Assembly (NCBI GenBank): GCA_965645245.1
Contig: OZ287085.1
Span: 868,001-932,000, forward strand
Direction of reading: 5' to 3'
DNA from: Massalongia carnosa
Lineage: Eukaryota
DNA: 64,000 bases
Shown here: positions 1 through 9,803 of the stretch, one piece after another
Numbering within the stretch: position 1 is the stretch's first letter
How the letters are laid out: each line of letters begins with the position of its first letter
Translations under genes and position numbers: made by a program
The notes under the pieces: generated by a model
Seen by the model: the letters and a program-made list of their open reading frames with translations, nothing else
Database searches by the model: none
Told to the model about the DNA's origin: nothing

Positions 1-1370
1 CGATCGCCGATTAGCTGTCTAATCGTCGCGATGAATTGATAATATTGTCGGTGAGCCCGAGATGGAGCTGAAACAAAGAGGAGACTAAGTGCATCTCGCA
101 TCAATCAATGCTATGACATGTCCGAGGATCGACACAAAGGAGGCTTGAATTCGAGCCCAGACCCAACGAAATACGATGAGTTGAGACAAGTGAAGAAGGC
201 GAAGTGCATTACACAGGCGTTAACAACAGCCCGGTCTCGTCGGCGGATTCAGACATTATTGAAGCGCATCAGACCAGACATTGTTAATATATGATTGGTC
301 CGTAGAGAAGACACTCGACTATCATACAAGCTAGCGAAAGGCCCGAATAGAACGGCTGAGACACGGCGTAGAGGAACTGGAGGATCAGGCAGCAGTCAAG
401 GAGAAGCGGTCCGAGCTGAACAGATGAGATAGAGGTTGAACGAAGTTGAAAAAACAGCGAGGAGAGGGAGCCTACTTAAATATTCGAGAGGTGATGTTGG
501 ACTCAAGCGGCAAGCGCATCACGCTCGGGCGCGATCCCCGATATCGTAATTCACTGCTATTCGGAACACCCGCTTATTCGGAACTAACAAATTTGATACC
601 AACCTTCGTAATCTTTTATCACCGCCGCATCCGCAAAATTTCTAGCACATGTACTCGGGAATTGATGAACAGGTTCTAGTGAATAAATATAGCTAGGCAT
701 AAGCTTATAGAGCTACATTTTACGAGTGTTACAGATGACACGACCGCGCGAGCTAATCCGAAGCTCTAAAACTTCCTACTTCTCCCCCTTTCCTACTATT
801 TCCACATCACCTTGTACCAACCTAGTGATATTTTTCTTTCTTGGTATACCTTTTCCTTTATTTCGAGCAGTTTTTTTAAATCCTAGGTCACCCTCAACTG
901 TCTCCTTAAAAATATGAGGTGTAATCTGAATAAGGTCGTGAAAAGCGTTTTAAAAGATAGAATCGTCTCGTTTCTTATTTTTAAGTAAAGATCAAGATAT
1001 TACAAGATCAGGCACGTATATTAGGTCGGGCTCAAATCGCATTAGGTCTTTAGATACCTGAAAAAATAGTCGATCGTTCTGGTTTTCTTTCCTTACCTGT
1101 GATCTAGCCTCTTTCTCCTTTTTCTTATTTCAGCTAGTTGTCTTCTTTTCTCCACATCTTCTAACTCAATACACGATCCCCTTGAACATCATATTGAGTG
1201 CCCGTACGTTGAGCTCGTTGTTTTTTTCGTGTATTGGCTGCTAAAAGCTCCGTATTAGTACGATTCAAGACAATATGATCAGTCATAGCAAGCCTAGCTG
1301 CTTTAAAGGTTTTTTGTAGAAGAGTAAGCTTAGAGGAATCAAGTGTCTGATAGCGAAATAGTATATAAAC

Positions 1371-1908
1371 TGTCAGGGCATAGAAGGAATAAGGGCTAAG
1401 CTAACTAAGCGGGGCTTAGTTCTACGGCTAGGCTTAGTCATATGGAAAGCAGTTGGTCTGCGTTACGCGGTTGGTATCTACTGCCGAGAGTATAGTACGA
1501 GCGATCGAGATATACGAGGATGCTCGTACGATTAGTGAGCGGATGGTACGATACAGTCAGCACAGTGTCCACGATACAGTCAGCACAGTGTCTACGATAC
1601 AGTCAGCACAGTGTCTACGATACAGTCAGCACAGTGTCCACGATGCAGTCAGCAGAGTGTTTAGCCGGCTTATCCGGTAGGAGTAATGGGCGGTCAAGAT
1701 AGTTACAGTATCAAGGGCCCAGAGGGTCAAGGGCTTCGGTCCGGGTATATAAGGAGGCTGCTCGAGGGAGATGCAATCTTCAACGATTAGTCTTCCGCTT
1801 TACCTACATACTTCTTTTAGTATATTAGTATAGCAAATCATTAGTGTCTTCACATTGTCACATATCCCTAGGCCTGGTGTCTGATAATCGCCAGGTCTGA
1901 CTCTTACA
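1371..1908 (+). repeat. 5' LTR of G1, containing a 23-bp tandem array (4 units plus 1 diverged, 1548-1662) and TATATAA at 1746-1752
   Basis: Direct repeat of 7457-7994. The array unit is ACGATACAGTCAGCACAGTGTC(C/T). Confidence 0.95.
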
Positions 1909-1985
1909 ATTCTAATCGTTCTATCCTTCAAGGAGTGACGATCCGTTGACACATTTATACACCTTCTATACACTATCGTCCCGCC

Positions 1986-3227
1986 ATGTCCGCGCAAGAA
2001 GTTGCCTCTGATACCATGATGCCGGAGGAGCGGATCGAAGAACTTTCGGATTCTGAGGGCCCTGGAAGAGGAGCCCTGACCCCAATGGAAAAAGTAGTCG
2101 AACCCATTCAACCCCTGACGTTGGACGAACAGATAGCGCAAGCTGAGCGCAGGCGTAGCGAACTTAAGAAGGAAGTACGTCTGAGGAATTTGAAAGCCAG
2201 TATTGAGCAACTGCAAGAACAAACTCAAAAGCCTTCGAAACCTCCAAACCCTACCGGATCATCCAAGGAACCGGTAATGAGAGGAGCCATTAACCCTCGT
2301 TCTGACGACGATGTAGAGATGACGAGTAGCCAGTCAGTACCTGTAGTTGTTTACAGGAGACGCGCTGCTAGACCCGAGAAAGTCAGTCCCTATCATGGAA
2401 AAACGGTCAAGGAACATCTGGATTATGAGCGGAACTGCAGAGTGGCGTTTCGCGTGGCAAAAGAGGACTTCCCAGATGATGAATCCAAGATCGCTTTCGC
2501 AATGCAATCGCTGGAAGGGGAGCCTAAGGAAGCTTGGCATCGATATGAGGCAGACGGTGAAATGCAAAATTATACCTTCGAAGAGTACTTGAAATTCTTG
2601 TTAAATATTGTCGAGGACCCAGTTAATCGAGGTCTGCATATGGCCCAATTATTTGCCGAAGCCAAGCAAGGAGAGAAGCAAACGGTAAGAGCTTTCGAGG
2701 CGCACTTGAGTAGCCTCGAGGACCAGTTGCCCTCCTATACCGAAGAACAAAGAGCGACTCATCTGTTTACTAAGTTGCGGCCGTCTATTAGAGCAGCTAT
2801 AGGCAACTATCAGAATATTCCAAGGACTAGAGAAGCTCTGGTGACTCTGGCCAGTAGGCTGGAAAATAATCAGAAAAGAGAAAACGATGTCTTAACGACG
2901 TCGAAGCATGAGCGTCCAAATGGTTCTCACCCCCCTCGCACTAAATCACATAGAGATAAGAGGAACGAGGAGATAAAGGACACTGACAAACCAAAACCTA
3001 CGAAAGACGGTAAAAGGGGTCAGAAAAGAAAGCATGCTGAGACAAAGGAAAGTACCGACGAGGTGACATGTTATCGCTGCGGAGAACAGGGTCACTACGC
3101 CAACAAGTGTCCCAACCCTCCTAAAGACGACAAGGAGCCGAAGCACGGTGTGAACGCCGTCGCAAAGTCGGGAAAAGCCAAACCTCCACGAAAAGCTCGC
3201 CAGCCGATGGAGGGAAAAGATCAGTAG
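1986..3227 (+). CDS. gag: Gag of G1 (retrotransposon gag domain plus CCHC zinc knuckle)
   Basis: 413-aa ORF with a Q(GEKQ)TVRAF capsid-type motif and a CYRCGEQGHYANKC knuckle. Confidence 0.93.
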   Translation: MSAQEVASDTMMPEERIEELSDSEGPGRGALTPMEKVVEPIQPLTLDEQIAQAERRRSELKKEVRLRNLKASIEQLQEQTQKPSKPPNPTGSSKEPVMRGAINPRSDDDVEMTSSQSVPVVVYRRRAARPEKVSPYHGKTVKEHLDYERNCRVAFRVAKEDFPDDESKIAFAMQSLEGEPKEAWHRYEADGEMQNYTFEEYLKFLLNIVEDPVNRGLHMAQLFAEAKQGEKQTVRAFEAHLSSLEDQLPSYTEEQRATHLFTKLRPSIRAAIGNYQNIPRTREALVTLASRLENNQKRENDVLTTSKHERPNGSHPPRTKSHRDKRNEEIKDTDKPKPTKDGKRGQKRKHAETKESTDEVTCYRCGEQGHYANKCPNPPKDDKEPKHGVNAVAKSGKAKPPRKARQPMEGKDQ

Positions 3228-6200
3228 AAAGCGAGCCAAGCCTAATCCCTAAGGGGACTATAACGAGCGGAGGCCAAAAATACCCGGCGACAGTGTTGCT
3301 TGATGGAGCAGCCGAGATTAATGTGATTAATCAGGGATTCGCCGTCGCTTCAGATCTTAGACCTATTGAAAGCGAACTACCTGCTCCTCAATTCATGGAT
3401 GGTAAAGAGGTTTACTGCTATGGAGCTTATGAGGTAGTAATGGCTCTCGAGGATACTTGGGAACGACAGCGCACCTTTACCAGCGTGTTTTACGCAATTG
3501 ACAAACAGGGCCCTGACTTGGTGTTGGGTCTCCCTGGTCTCAAACAGCTGGGTATCGTAATCGATTATGGAGCGAAGCGCTGGCGTTATGGCTTTCAGTC
3601 TGATATGTTCGAGTTGTGCAAGCCTAAACAGTTTGCGAAGACCCTGGATTCCGGGGCACCACTCTATGCTATAGTGGCTCAACCCATTGCACCTTCTTCC
3701 GAAAGACAACCTGTTAATGTTGGCGCTGTTGATGAGAACAACAGCCGGAACACCAACGAAACGCAGGGGATACCTGTGGAATTTGCTGAATTCCAGGATG
3801 TTTTTTCTAAGGACAGAGCCAATCAATTAGCTACGCACAAGGACTGTGACCACGCTATCGATTTAGAAGGCGGTGATCCACCTTATGGTCCTTTATACAA
3901 CTTATCGAATACGGAGCTTAAGACTCTTCGGGAATATCTTGACGACGCCCTGGCGAAGGGTTGGATCCGGCACTCCACCAGTTCTGCAGGTGCACCAATA
4001 CTATTTGTGCCTAAGAAGGACGGTACTCTGCGCCTCTGCGTTGACTATCGAGGATTGAATAAGGTGACCAAAAAGAATCGTCATCCGCTCCCTCTTATCA
4101 CGCAGATACTGGATCAGTTAAACGGGTGTTCCTATTTTACCAAAATGGATTTGCGAGATGCTTATCATCGTCTCCGAATCCGCAAGGGCGACGAGTGGAA
4201 GACGGCATTTCGATCCCGTTACGGACACTACGAGTATATGGTTATGCCTTTTGGATTAGCCAACGCCCCTGCAACTTTTCAAGCTTACATCAATAAAGTT
4301 TTATCTGGGATCGTGGATGTTTTCTGCGTAGTCTATCTGGACGATATATTGGTATTTTCCAAAGATAGAACCAGCCATGTGGAGCATGTTAAAGAGGTGT
4401 TACGTCGTCTAAGGAAACACGATCTCTATGCAAATCTTAAAAAGTGCGAGTTCTTTGCTCCGGCCGTGGAATATCTAGGGTTTATCATTAGCAGCGATGG
4501 TATCTCCATGGATCCACGCCGGGTTGAAACCGTGCGGGATTGGCCTGCACTTCAGTCCTTTCGAGACATTCAGGTCTTTCTAGGATTCGCCAATTTCTAT
4601 CGACGTTTCATACGTCATTATTCTCAAATCACTAGGCCATTGACTGACATGCTGAAAGGCATGCAGGCTGGGATAAAAAGGGGTACTTTTTATCTTACGG
4701 CCGAAGGAGCGGAAGCGTTTAGCAAGCTGAAAGAAGCCTTTCAGGGCGCGCCCATCTTGGTTCACTTCGATCCAGAACTGCTCATTCGCCTAGAGACCGA
4801 TGCATCGGATTTCGGAATCTCTGGCATTATCTCCCAGTTGCAGAAGGATGGGCAATGGCATCCCGTCGCTTTCTACTCGCGGAAGATGATACCGGCCGAG
4901 CGCAACTATGAAACCCATGATCAAGAGTTGCTGGCCATTGTGATGTGTTTTAAACACTGGAGGCATTACCTGGAGGGTAGCCTGCACCCCGTTGAGGTCC
5001 TGACAGACCACAACAATTTGAGGGGTTTTATGAATATTAAGGTGTTGAGTGGTCCGCAAGCGCGATGGGCTATGAAGTTAGCCGCTTATGATTTCGTAAT
5101 CATGCATCGCTCGGGAAAGACCAATCCTGCCGATGCACCGTCTAGGCGCCCTGATTATCAGAGCATCAACACCGAGGTGACGAGATTGTTGCCTACTCTT
5201 CAAAAGAAGCTGAGCAAAATAGATTCCTTATGCGTAGGTTATACGCCGGGAATTCGTACGGTGCTTGCCGCACTTAGGTATGATCTTCGCTCAAAGATAG
5301 CTTCGTCCGGGATTGAACCCCTGGAGAATTTAGAGGGTGAAACCTCTAAATCAATTACTTCTCTTGACGAAGAGAGTGATACTTTTGAAGTCGGCTTGAC
5401 GCAATGTATTCCCCGGGCTGTAGCTGTTGCCTTATCAGATGAAGAAAAGCCTTTGGAAAGTGCTTCCAAGTCAGTGCTTGAACTCATCAAGGCGCTACAG
5501 GGGAAAGACGCATTCGTGTCTAGCAGGCGAGAGACCGTTGCTAAGTCTTTGAAGCGCAAGGGTGGTCGCTCCCCCGAAGCAATTTGGACTATAGATAGCA
5601 ATGATCTTCTCAATCATCGTGGCAGAATTTACGTGCCCGATGAAGAATCTATTCGTGCGGAGCTGTTGCGGCGTCATCATGACGACGAGCTCGCGGGTCA
5701 TTTTGGTGCGGAGAAAACAGCTGAGTTGCTTACCCGCAAATACTATTGGAAAGGACTTAACAAGACTGTGAAGAAGTACACGGAATCCTGCGACATTTGT
5801 CAAAGGACGAAGGCGCCTAGGCACCGACCTTACGGGGTTATGCAATCGCTTCCACGTCCTTCCGGTCCTTGGAAAGAAATCACTATGGATTTCATAACTG
5901 GGTTTCCACCTAGCAAGCGTTTCGGCCGGGTTTATGACTCGTGCCTAGTAATTGTGGATAGATATACCAAAATGGCGCTATACATCCCGGTTACGAAAAA
6001 AATCAATGCAGTGGACCTTGCAGAAATTCTGTTTGGATCGGTAGTATTACAGTTCGGCGCTCCTGAGGGCATAGTATCGGATAGAGGGTCGGTCTTTACC
6101 AGTGAGTACTGGTCAGAAATTTGTTTTCATTTAAAGACGAAACGCCGGCTTAGCACGGCCTTTCACCCTCAAACTGATGGCCAAACCGAACGACAAAACC

Positions 6201-6976
6201 AGACCCTTGAACACTATTTGAGAGTTTACTGCACTGACAATCAATCCAACTGGGTGGCACTATTGCCCCTAGCACAATTTGTCTACCAAGTCAGTTATCA
6301 AAGGACGCTTGGGTGCAGCCCCTTTTATTGTATGTACGGCTATAACCCGGAGATTCGCTACGAAGTCGGGGACGACATCGCTGTGGAGAGGGTGCCCGCT
6401 GCGAAAGAACGAGTAAAGCAATTACACGAGTTCAGATATTCTTTAGAAGCACGCTGGAAAAGCGTATCCGAAGCGCAGGCCAAGTACTACAACAAGAAAC
6501 ATCTTGAGAAAGATTTCAATGAAGGGGACTTGGTAATGTTATCTGCCAAGAATCTAAAACAAAAAAGGCCTAGTAAGAAACTTTCACATAAGTTTTTAGG
6601 TCCTTTTCGCATTCTAGAAGCAGTCGGCAAGCAGGCATATCGTCTTGCTCTTCCTACGACTTATAGAATTCACCCGGTCTTTCATGTCTCTTACCTAGAA
6701 CCTTACAAGCGAAGAGATGGTCAAGAGCATATACCGTTTCTACCCCCACCTGAAATTATTAACGATGAACAGGAATGGGAAGTGGAAGAAATTATAGGTA
6801 GAAGGTCTGAGAAAGGGGAAATATTCTATAAGGTAAAATGGGTAGGATACCCTGAAGAATATGATGAGTGGGTACCAGAGAAAGATCTGGATGGAGCCTT
6901 AGAACTGAAGCAGGATTTCGATGCAAAGCCGAAAGCAAAGCGCAGGCGAATCAAGAAACTACAGGTTACTCGCTGA
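3170..6976 (+). CDS. pol: Pol of G1 (PR-RT-RNaseH-IN-chromodomain), probably expressed by -1 frameshift
   Basis: The pol frame is -1 to gag and open from the G GGA AAA heptamer at 3170-3176. Motifs: LLDGAAEIN (PR), YLDD (RT), ETDASD (RH), HH..GH..C..C and MDF..SDRG..DGQTE (IN), GPF, and WEVEEII..YKVKWVGY (chromodomain). Confidence 0.93.
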   Translation, partial: GKSQTSTKSSPADGGKRSVESEPSLIPKGTITSGGQKYPATVLLDGAAEINVINQGFAVASDLRPIESELPAPQFMDGKEVYCYGAYEVVMALEDTWERQRTFTSVFYAIDKQGPDLVLGLPGLKQLGIVIDYGAKRWRYGFQSDMFELCKPKQFAKTLDSGAPLYAIVAQPIAPSSERQPVNVGAVDENNSRNTNETQGIPVEFAEFQDVFSKDRANQLATHKDCDHAIDLEGGDPPYGPLYNLSNTELKTLREYLDDALAKGWIRHSTSSAGAPILFVPKKDGTLRLCVDYRGLNKVTKKNRHPLPLITQILDQLNGCSYFTKMDLRDAYHRLRIRKGDEWKTAFRSRYGHYEYMVMPFGLANAPATFQAYINKVLSGIVDVFCVVYLDDILVFSKDRTSHVEHVKEVLRRLRKHDLYANLKKCEFFAPAVEYLGFIISSDGISMDPRRVETVRDWPALQSFRDIQVFLGFANFYRRFIRHYSQITRPLTDMLKGMQAGIKRGTFYLTAEGAEAFSKLKEAFQGAPILVHFDPELLIRLETDASDFGISGIISQLQKDGQWHPVAFYSRKMIPAERNYETHDQELLAIVMCFKHWRHYLEGSLHPVEVLTDHNNLRGFMNIKVLSGPQARWAMKLAAYDFVIMHRSGKTNPADAPSRRPDYQSINTEVTRLLPTLQKKLSKIDSLCVGYTPGIRTVLAALRYDLRSKIASSGIEPLENLEGETSKSITSLDEESDTFEVGLTQCIPRAVAVALSDEEKPLESASKSVLELIKALQGKDAFVSSRRETVAKSLKRKGGRSPEAIWTIDSNDLLNHRGRIYVPDEESIRAELLRRHHDDELAGHFGAEKTAELLTRKYYWKGLNKTVKKYTESCDICQRTKAPRHRPYGVMQSLPRPSGPWKEITMDFITGFPPSKRFGRVYDSCLVIVDRYTKMALYIPVTKKINAVDLAEILFGSVVLQFGAPEGIVSDRGSVFTSEYWSEICFHLKTKRRLSTAFHPQTDGQTERQNQTLEHYLRVYCTDNQSNWVALLPLAQFVYQVSYQRTLGCSPFYCMYGYNPEIRYEVGDDIAVERVPAAKERVKQLHEFRYSLEARWKSVSEAQAKYYNKKHLEKDFNEGDLVMLSAKNLKQKRPSKKLSHKFLGPFRILEAVGKQAYRLALPTTYRIHPVFHVSYLEPYKRRDGQEHIPFLPPPEIINDEQEWEVEEIIGRRSEKGEIFYKVKWVGYPEEYDEWVPEKDLDGALELKQDFDAKPKAKRRRIKKLQVTR

Positions 6977-7456
6977 ATCCAGCGAAACCCTTCTTATTCG
7001 CCATCTCATCACCATCGGAACCTTCTGCTTCCTCGTCCGGCACCTCGTCATCACCATCAGTAGCTTCTACTTCCTCGTCCGACACCTCCTCATCACCCTT
7101 TTCTTCCTCGAGACTCTCGCAAGAGGAGCTTTCGGAGACAGCAGTCTCGTACTCCTCACCGTCTTCACCTAAATCAACAAACCACCAACGCTAGCGTTAC
7201 CGAGCTCGGATCTCTGCTGATAATCGCCATCGTCCCCTTCTCCGCTACTTCTAGCGCTTGGAGCGGCATCGGCGACCCAGCATTACCGAGAAGCTAGTGA
7301 TATTTACATCTACCTACGTCAAGCGCCAGGTATTCGCGCTTTCTACACAACAAACTTGCTATCTACGCGACATCTTCTATCACGTCCCTACACACTCCCT
7401 TCCACGTTCGAGTACTGTACGTGCTGGAGGACCAGCACTATAGGAGAGGAGGCAAT

Positions 7457-7994
7457 TGTCAGGGCATAGAAGGAATAAGGGCTAAGCTAACTAAGCGGGG
7501 CTTAGTTCTACGGCTAGGCTTAGTCATATGGAAAGCAGTTGGTCTGCGTTACGCGGTTGGTATCTACTGCCGAGAGTATAGTACGAGCGATCGAGATATA
7601 CGAGGATGCTCGTACGATTAGTGAGCGGATGGTACGATACAGTCAGCACAGTGTCCACGATACAGTCAGCACAGTGTCTACGATACAGTCAGCACAGTGT
7701 CTACGATACAGTCAGCACAGTGTCCACGATGCAGTCAGCAGAGTGTTTAGCCGGCTTATCCGGTAGGAGTAATGGGCGGTCAAGATAGTTACAGTATCAA
7801 GGGCCCAGAGGGTCAAGGGCTTCGGTCCGGGTATATAAGGAGGCTGCTCGAGGGAGATGCAATCTTCAACGATTAGTCTTCCGCTTTACCTACATACTTC
7901 TTTTAGTATATTAGTATAGCAAATCATTAGTGTCTTCACATTGTCACATATCCCTAGGCCTGGTGTCTGATAATCGCCAGGTCTGACTCTTACA
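7457..7994 (+). repeat. 3' LTR of G1
   Basis: Direct repeat of 1371-1908, preceded by the PPT and followed by TSD TAAAC. Confidence 0.95.
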
Positions 7995-8744
7995 TAAACT
8001 CCTCAACCTTTGAGACTTATTCTATGTTTCCTGATATTGGTGATATTTGGCCTGAAAGATAACGCGTTTGAATAAGAGTACTAGCGCTAGGTAGAGTATC
8101 ATCGTCCGTATAGGGCTTAGCTGATATATTTTCAAGGCGGAGTCTACTCCGTAGTAGCTCTAGTTAACCTAGCTCTGAAGAGATCCTCGAGCATTAGCCT
8201 CTGCTTTGAAGTAACGTACGATACCTGGTCCTAGCGACTGTTTATCCTGTGATACAATGTTGTTTTCGGTACCGCATGAAGTCAAGCAGCTAGCGTAATA
8301 GATTACAACCCTTCTGCCTTCTCATATACCTTAACTGCCTATTTTAAACGTTCTCTAACCTCGTCATTCAAGGTAGTACGCAATCCCGGTTTTGTAACTC
8401 GAAACTGCCGGGAAGAAGCCATTTCAGCGGTGTAATTAATTTATAATACCCTTTACCTTATTAAATCAGTTTTAGGGTTTTCTTCAATAAGTTGTAGATG
8501 AGATGGTTCTATGTCACGTGAGGCCCCTGAGTCAAAGTAAATTAAGAATCACCCTCTGAAAATTCTTTCCTCATCCACTTCTTCTCACTCGGCCTCATCC
8601 ATCTCACTGACTCGTCGTCGACCCCACGTTGTCTCGGTGCCCCTACCTCGCTGTCAGTGCTTGCTGCTTTTCCCATCTCACTGACTCGTCGTCGACCTCA
8701 CGTTGTCCTCGGTGCCCCTACCTCGCTGTCGGTGCTTTTTCCCA

Positions 8745-9758
8745 ATGACGAACACCCGTTCCCAAAGCACCCCGATGGACGACATAGTCCCCGACTCCCA
8801 GGAGATTGTCGGATTGACGCAGGCCCAGTCCAATCAAATCTTCGCCCTACAAAAGAAGAAAGCCGAGGCAGAAGCGAAGGCGGCCGAGGCTGAGGCCAGA
8901 ATTGCCGAGTCCAAGGCATTGGTCGCCGAGAAGGAGGTGGAAAAAATGCAGCTAGAAATCGACTGCATGCGCCGAGAATCTGACGCCCGAATAGCGGCCG
9001 TCATTCCTGCTGGCAAGCCGAGTCGTGTCGTCGGCGATGACGACGAGGACCTAGGTGAGATCCCTCTCGAAGTAAGAAGTATAGCACCCCGTTTCGCGGG
9101 CCTACCACAGGACGAGATCATCAAGATCTTTTCAAATAAATTCAAAGCCATCAACCTCTCCCGCCTCCGACACATGCACGGCATGCAATACGAGTCCTAC
9201 AAGGATCAGGACCGCATCGGCATCGAAGACGGCGCCTTGAGGTTGAGAAAGGCATCCGGGACCTACAAAGATTTCGGAAAGACAGTTCATGACGTCTGGA
9301 CCGAGAGCTTCATCAACTACACCTCGATCATGGTCAGTCTTTTCGGGAAATCGAGTCAACAGCTTCACGCCACCATGTCGGCATTCCACGGAAAAATCCT
9401 CACGCTGGCCAAGGTGTACGAGTGGCAGGAAGCAGTCCTCCCCCTCGCCATCGAAACCCACACTCACATCATCGCGTCTCAGCCATCCGACGCATCCCAA
9501 TGGAAAATGCCCGACGAATTCCAAGCTCGATTCTGCACCCCCCTCACAGTCCTACGCCGTCGCCGCTCACGATCCCCGCCGTCCCGGCGACCGACCCCGA
9601 GAGGAGACAGGGCCGATAGGGCCGAGAAGGCAGCGGGGGAAATCTGCGACAAGTACAACAGCGGCACCTGCACCTGGCCGTCGTGCTACCGACAGCACAA
9701 ATGTAAATCGTGCGGCGCGGCTGGGCATGGCCAGAAGACATGCCCAACGAAGAAATAG
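8745..9758 (+). CDS. Gag-like ORF1 of the YR retrotransposon
   Basis: First ATG at 8745 (MTNTRSQ). Coiled-coil N-terminus and a C-terminal Cys/His cluster ICDKYNSGTCTWPSCYRQHKCKSCGAAGHGQKTC typical of Ngaro ORF1. Confidence 0.8.
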   Translation: MTNTRSQSTPMDDIVPDSQEIVGLTQAQSNQIFALQKKKAEAEAKAAEAEARIAESKALVAEKEVEKMQLEIDCMRRESDARIAAVIPAGKPSRVVGDDDEDLGEIPLEVRSIAPRFAGLPQDEIIKIFSNKFKAINLSRLRHMHGMQYESYKDQDRIGIEDGALRLRKASGTYKDFGKTVHDVWTESFINYTSIMVSLFGKSSQQLHATMSAFHGKILTLAKVYEWQEAVLPLAIETHTHIIASQPSDASQWKMPDEFQARFCTPLTVLRRRRSRSPPSRRPTPRGDRADRAEKAAGEICDKYNSGTCTWPSCYRQHKCKSCGAAGHGQKTCPTKK

Positions 9759-9803
9759 GGGGTTGGTGCAGGAGGCAGTAGAATAGCTTCAATAGCTGAA
9801 TTC

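Larger units (their letters stand above)
1371..7994 (+). mobile_element. Intact Ty3/Gypsy chromovirus LTR retrotransposon (element G1)
   Basis: 538-bp TG..CA LTRs at 1371-1908 and 7457-7994 look identical. The TSD is TAAAC (1366-1370 and 7995-7999) and the PPT is AGGAGAGGAGGCAAT at 7442-7456. Gag and pol are uninterrupted. Confidence 0.97.
900..8422 (-). pseudogene. pogo/Fot1 transposase relic split by the Gypsy insertion
   Basis: The minus strand from ATG 8422 reads MASSRQFRVTKPGLRTTLNDEVRERLK*AVKVYEKAEGL*SITLAA*LHAVPKTTLYHRINSR*, an HTH-psq-like segment with CAG/CAA/CGA-to-stop changes. Past the Gypsy it reads ...KTFKAARLAMTDHIVLNRTNTELLAANTRKKQRAQRTG, which resembles the C-terminal exon of the pogo at 28188-29100. 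The DDE core appears deleted and the 3' boundary is approximate. Confidence 0.7.

Noticed and set aside
1..543. Possible gene or TE leader at the start of the window
   Set aside because: No recognisable motif or long ORF, and it is truncated by the window edge.
1548..1662. 23-bp repeat arrays (also at 7634, 48346 and about 55966) as CRISPR arrays
   Set aside because: The units are head-to-tail with no spacers and lie inside LTRs, there are no cas genes, and the context is eukaryotic.
1453..1702. Short ORFs inside G1-family LTRs (YSQHSVHDTVSTVST...)
   Set aside because: They are by-products of the stop-free 23-bp repeat, and unit-number changes shift their frames.
8496..8535. AGATG..GGTTCT..GTCACGTG..AGGCC as repeat A1 matching 12665-12712
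   Set aside because: Only short words are shared and their order differs, so it is not a colinear split direct repeat.
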